Shown here in pieces: positions 59,301 to 64,000 of a DNA stretch of 64,000 nt; positions within the stretch are counted from its first letter, which is position 1; each line of letters starts with the position of its first letter. The stretch is from Macrostomum lignano (Eukaryota): NCBI GenBank assembly GCA_002269645.1, contig NIVC01000746.1, positions 372,001-436,000 of the forward strand. The letters run 5' to 3'. A model generated the notes under the pieces. That model searched no databases. It was not told the DNA's origin and was given only the letters and a program-made list of their open reading frames with translations. A program made the translations under genes and the position numbers.

Positions 59301-60870
59301 AGCAGTACCCAGAGTTTATAGGGTAGCGGACCACAGCAGTACCCAGAGTTTATAGGGTAGCGGACCACAGCAGTACCCAGAGTTTATAGGGTAGCGGACC
59401 ACAGCAGTACCCAGAGTTTATAGGGTAGCGGACCACAGCAGTACCCAGAGTTTATAGGGTAGCGGACCACAGCAGTACCCAGAGTTTATAGGGTAGCGGA
59501 CCACAGCAGTACCCAGAGTTTATAGGGTAGCGGACCACAGCAGTACCCAGAGTTTATAGGGTAGCGGACCACAGCAGTACCCAGAGTTTATAGGGTAGCG
59601 GACCACAGCAGTACCCAGAGTTTATAGGGTAGCGGACCACAGCAGTACCCAGAGTTTATAGGGTAGCGGACCACAGCAGTACCCAGAGTTTATAGGGTAG
59701 CGGACCACAGCAGTACCCAGAGTTTATAGGGTAGCGGACCACAGCAGTACCCAGAGTTTATAGGGTAGCGGACCACAGCAGTACCCAGAGTTTATAGGGT
59801 AGCGGACCACAGCAGTACCCAGAGTTTATAGGGTAGCGGACCACAGCAGTACCCAGAGTTTATAGGGTAGCGGACCACAGCAGTACCCAGAGTACCCAGA
59901 GTTTATAGGGTAGCGGACCACAGCAGTACCCAGAGTTTATAGGGTAGCGGACCACAGCAGTACCCAGAGTTTATAGGGTAGCGGACCACAGCAGTACCCA
60001 GAGTTTATAGGGTAGCGGACCACAGCAGTACCCAGAGTTTATAGGGTAGCGGACCACAGCAGTACCCAGAGTTTATAGGGTAGCGGACCACAGCAGTACC
60101 CAGAGTTTATAGGGTAGCGGACCACAGCAGTACCCAGAGTTTATAGGGTAGCGGACCACAGAAGTACCCAGAGTTTATAGGGTAGCGGACCACAGAGTAC
60201 CCAGAGTTTATAGGGTAGCGGACCACAGAAGTACCCAGAGTTTATAGGGTAGCGGACCACAGAAGTACCCAGAGTTTATAGGGTAGCGGACCACAGAAGT
60301 ACCCAGAGTTTATAGGGTAGCGGACCACAGAAGTACCCAGAGTTTATAGGGTAGCGGACCACAGAAGTACCCAGAGTTTATAGGGTAGCGGACCACAGAA
60401 GTACCCAGAGTTTATAGGGTAGCGGACCACAGAAGTACCCAGAGTTTATAGGGTAGCGGACCACAGAAGTACCCAGAGTTTATAGGGTAGCGGACCACAG
60501 AAGTACCCAGAGTTTATAGGGTAGCGGACCACAGAAGTACCCAGAGTTTATAGGGTAGCGGACCACAGAAGTACCCAGAGTTTATAGGGTAGCGGACCAC
60601 AGAAGTACCCAGAGTTTATAGGGTAGCGGACCACAGAAGTACCCAGAGTTTATAGGGTAGCGGACCACAGAAGTACCCAGAGTTTATAGGGTAGCGGACC
60701 ACAGAAGTACCCAGAGTTTATAGGGTAGCGGACCACAGAAGTACCCAGAGTTTATAGGGTAGCGGACCACAGAAGTACCCAGAGTTTATAGGGTAGTGGA
60801 CCACAGCAGTACCCAGAGTTTATAGGGTAGTGGACCACAGAAGTACCCAGAGTTTATAGTAACCACAGAA
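53311..60870. repeat. 34-bp satellite (GCGGACCACAGCAGTACCCAGAGTTTATAGGGTA), about 222 copies
   Basis: 7.5-kb head-to-tail array; phase recurs every 1020 nt = 30 x 34. Almost invariant apart from a terminal block carrying CAGAAGT. Confidence 0.98.
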
Positions 60871-61404
60871 GTACAAGTTTATTAAACAGCAAAAGTTAAA
60901 AAACCCATTAAAAAACAAATAATGCCAAAAAAGTGAGGCCTGAGCAGTCCTGTTATTCACCTACCGGTAAACAAAAGTCAAACTGAAACACAGAAAAGTT
61001 CAAACCGGAAGCAAATACTTTAAGTGACTGCTCAGTCTTTCCTCTTGGGATCTCTAAACTCAATTGCTGTGGGATTCAAGAAATTTAATAGTCGGCCAAT
61101 AAGGATGTAACTAAATAGGTTTGTGCTCCAAGCACCGAACACCACAGAAGTGAAGGCAGAAGATGCAGTTAATACTATAGTTTACTTATATAACTAATGC
61201 GAGATATATGATAAGTAATACGATAGCGAATTTGGAGCATTGTAGAACATACACTCGTAGCATACCAGTACTTTGCACGTGACTTTATAATTTTTCAATA
61301 TACTTGTAGTTGAGGCTTGGCTTGCAAATATTGCAACCATATGACACATTGACATGCTATAGAGATAGGGGAGGAGGAGCCGGGGCAAAGGGAGCGGGAT
61401 GTGA

Positions 61405-61407
<3 letters not shown>

Positions 61408-61453
<46 letters not shown>
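61408..61453. repeat. (GA)n microsatellite
   Basis: About 22 GA units; an AG-rich low-complexity tract follows at 61550-61700. Confidence 0.93.
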
Positions 61454-61454
<1 letters not shown>

Positions 61455-62289
61455 GAGATGTCGCAGCGTATTTTGAGTTTTAAAATTGGCGGTTTCAAGT
61501 TTTTGGGCTCTTCATCAAACGAAGGAGACCGAGGTCGAAAGATATCGGCAGAGTGAGAAGGAGAGGGAGAGGGAGAGAAAGAGGGAGAGGGAGAAGGAGA
61601 GGGAGAGGGAGAAGGAAAGGGAGAGAGAGATGGAGGAGGAGAAGAGAGGGAGAGTTAGGAGAGGGAGAAGGAGAGGGAGAGAGAGGGGGAGAGAGAACCC
61701 AAAAGAAAGATTCTGGCAGGGGTTAAAGCAGAGAGGCGGGCATGTGAAAGCAGGAATAGGCAGAGAATTGGCAGAAATCTAGGAGAAAGTCTGCACAGCA
61801 GAGCAGCAGCAGCAACAGAAGAAGACGCGCACACAGAGCGATATCAAGCAAAAGAGAGGACCTCAGCACGCCTGCCATGTGTCGGGACCGCTCCAGTGTG
61901 CCAGTCTATTTACAATGCAGGATTTTTTTCTTGTAGCGGAGAATACATTTCATGGAATTCAGTGAGACTCAGCCCTGCACATATCAGTCAAAAATACACA
62001 AGCCGGAGAGAGAGAGTCGGACTGCAGAAAGTTAACAAAGAATGCTTTGAATAAAACAATACTTGCCGTTGAAAGCTGGAAGCGGAGTTCAAATGAATTG
62101 AAAGCATTCTAAAAATAGGACAGAGTGGAGAGTCTTTAAAGAACGGTACGGTGGATACTTTTAGTGAAAGACTATTGCTGAAATGCTGATGAAGTAGATT
62201 ACTACTGTAGTGAAGAGCTGCACCAATGAACTATTCATAATATAGCTCTTAGGTCATAACAGAAATTCAAACGAATACATGTAGTAATA

Positions 62290-62692
62290 GAATGGATTGC
62301 TAATCTAGCCCACAAGGATGCAGGAATAGAATGGATTGCTAATCTAGCCCACAAGGATGCAGGAATAGAATGGATTGCTAATCTAGCCCATCAAGGATGC
62401 AGGAATAGAATGGATTGCTAATCTAGCCCACAAGGATGCAGGAATAGAATGGATTGCTAATCTAGCCCATCAAGGATGCAGGAATATAATGGATTGCTAA
62501 TCTAGCCCATCAAGGATGCAGGAATATAATGGATTGCTAATCTAGCCCATATGCGGATGCAGGAAAAAATGGATTGCTAATCTAGCCCACAAGGATGCAG
62601 GAATAGAATGGATTGCTAATCTAGCCCACAAGGATGCAGGAAAAGAATGGACTGCTAATCTAGCCCACAAGGATGCAGGAATAGAATGGATT
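62290..62692. repeat. 39-40-bp minisatellite (AATGGATTGCTAATCTAGCCCACAAGGATGCAGGAATAG)
   Basis: About 10 copies. Confidence 0.95.
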
Positions 62693-63324
62693 GGTACGGA
62701 ATGACTCCCTGCAGTACCATGGCAAAAATAGAAAAATATCGAGTTCCCCGCCTACAAAAGCAGTTTGTTTGCGCCGTGAACCGCAATGCCCTCACAGATA
62801 TCCCTCGGATTTATCGGCATGGAGAGGAACAGAAGAAAAAGCAAAATTTTATCGAAAGCGCTTCTGACAGGCGATTTGACACCTGCATTCCAGCGCATCG
62901 ATTTGCATGGAGATTATCGCCCCTCCCCCCTCCAGCCAGGTTTTTATCGCCAGGCAAAAAGTGCTGATAAAGGCGGAGATTTGTTGATAAAAAATGTTTT
63001 GTTGATTTGCACCCGTTTTTGATTGCCAGCCGAAGACAGACGGAGAATGGCGTTCTGATCTTTTTTCACGCTTTCCTCGATTTTCGCAGAACAGAAACTG
63101 GTTTGTGGAGATCTGAGAACGATAAAGGAAATGCGGAGACTTGGATAGAGACAGAGATCAGATAGAGGAATTCACCAGATTTGAGTAGCAACAAAATTAG
63201 TTTGGGAATTTTTTGTTTCTGAGTGAAGCTTCAGCTGAGGCAACTGGCGACTAAACTGACCAGCAAAGCGGCCTGAAGAGTAGCGACATGAAAATACTTC
63301 AGACACGGAGACATTTATACTTAA

Positions 63325-64000
63325 AGACACTTAAGACATGAAGACACAAGACATGAAGACACTTAAGGCATGAAGACACAAGACATGAAGACACTTAAGA
63401 CATGAAGACACTTAAGACATGAAGACACAAGACATGAAGACACTCATACATAAAACACTTATAAATGAAGACACTAATACATGAGGACACTAAGACACCA
63501 GGGCACTAAGACACCAGGACACTAATACACCAGGACACTAATACACCAGGACACTAAGACACCAGGACACTAAGACACCAGGACACTAAGACACCAGGAC
63601 ATTAAGACACCAGGACACTAATACACCAGGACACTAAGACACCAGGACACTAATACACCAGGACACTAATACACCAGGACACTAAGACACCAGGACACTA
63701 ATACACCAGGACACTAAGACACCAGGACACTAATACACCAGGACACTAATACACCAGGACACTAATACACCAGGACACTAAGACACCAGGGCACTAATAC
63801 ACCAGGGCACTAAGACACTAGGACACTAATACACCAGGACACTAAGACACCAGGACATTAAGACACTAGGACACTAAGACACCAGGACACTAAGACACCA
63901 AGACACTAAGACACAAGGACACTAAGACACCAGGACACTAAGACACTAGGACACTAATACACCAGGACACTAAGACACCAGGACACTAATACACCAGGAC
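63325..64000. repeat. 16-17-bp minisatellite (GACACTTAAGACATGAA grading into GGACACTAAKACACCA), runs off the window end
   Basis: Two related sub-arrays, about 63325-63480 and 63480-64000. Confidence 0.94.

Noticed and set aside
53311-60870. 34-bp repeat with a small hairpin as a CRISPR array (also the 36-bp array at 38156-38795)
   Set aside because: Units are head-to-tail with no unique spacers, there are no cas genes, and the context is eukaryotic.

Overview
Animal genomic DNA with spliceosomal GT-AG introns, GC-rich exons and roughly 40-45% tandem repeats. The style resembles the flatworm Macrostomum, but that is an impression only. Four host genes are supported. (1) The last two exons of a divergent DEG/ENaC channel (+, 142-883). 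(2) The last two exons of an NMDA receptor NR1/GluN1 subunit (-, 13927-14370 and 11721-12014); no further NR1 exon was recognised up to 64000. (3) An intronless synaptotagmin-7-like double-C2 gene with no transmembrane segment (+, 18594-19850). (4) A two-exon SSUH2 homolog ending in a CaaX motif (-, 46100-44367). Mobile DNA includes a TA-flanked foldback/MITE (2116-2724) and a very young full-length Ty3/Gypsy LTR retrotransposon (3361-8649). The Gypsy element has apparently identical 165-bp LTRs, a TCTC target duplication, a tRNA-Leu primer site, a G_GGA_AAC slippery site with an H-type pseudoknot, and one 1-nt frameshift in integrase; it sits directly against a TATAAA box. A 5'-truncated RTE-clade LINE with four C-terminal zinc-finger motifs (about 50340-51690) is flanked by two colinear copies of a patterned CAT/CAC array. 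The remainder is about 20 mini/microsatellite arrays, the largest being a 4.5-kb 13-mer array and a 7.5-kb near-homogeneous 34-mer array. There is no CRISPR array, rRNA or convincing tRNA gene. All alignments and counts were done by eye, and array edges are approximate.
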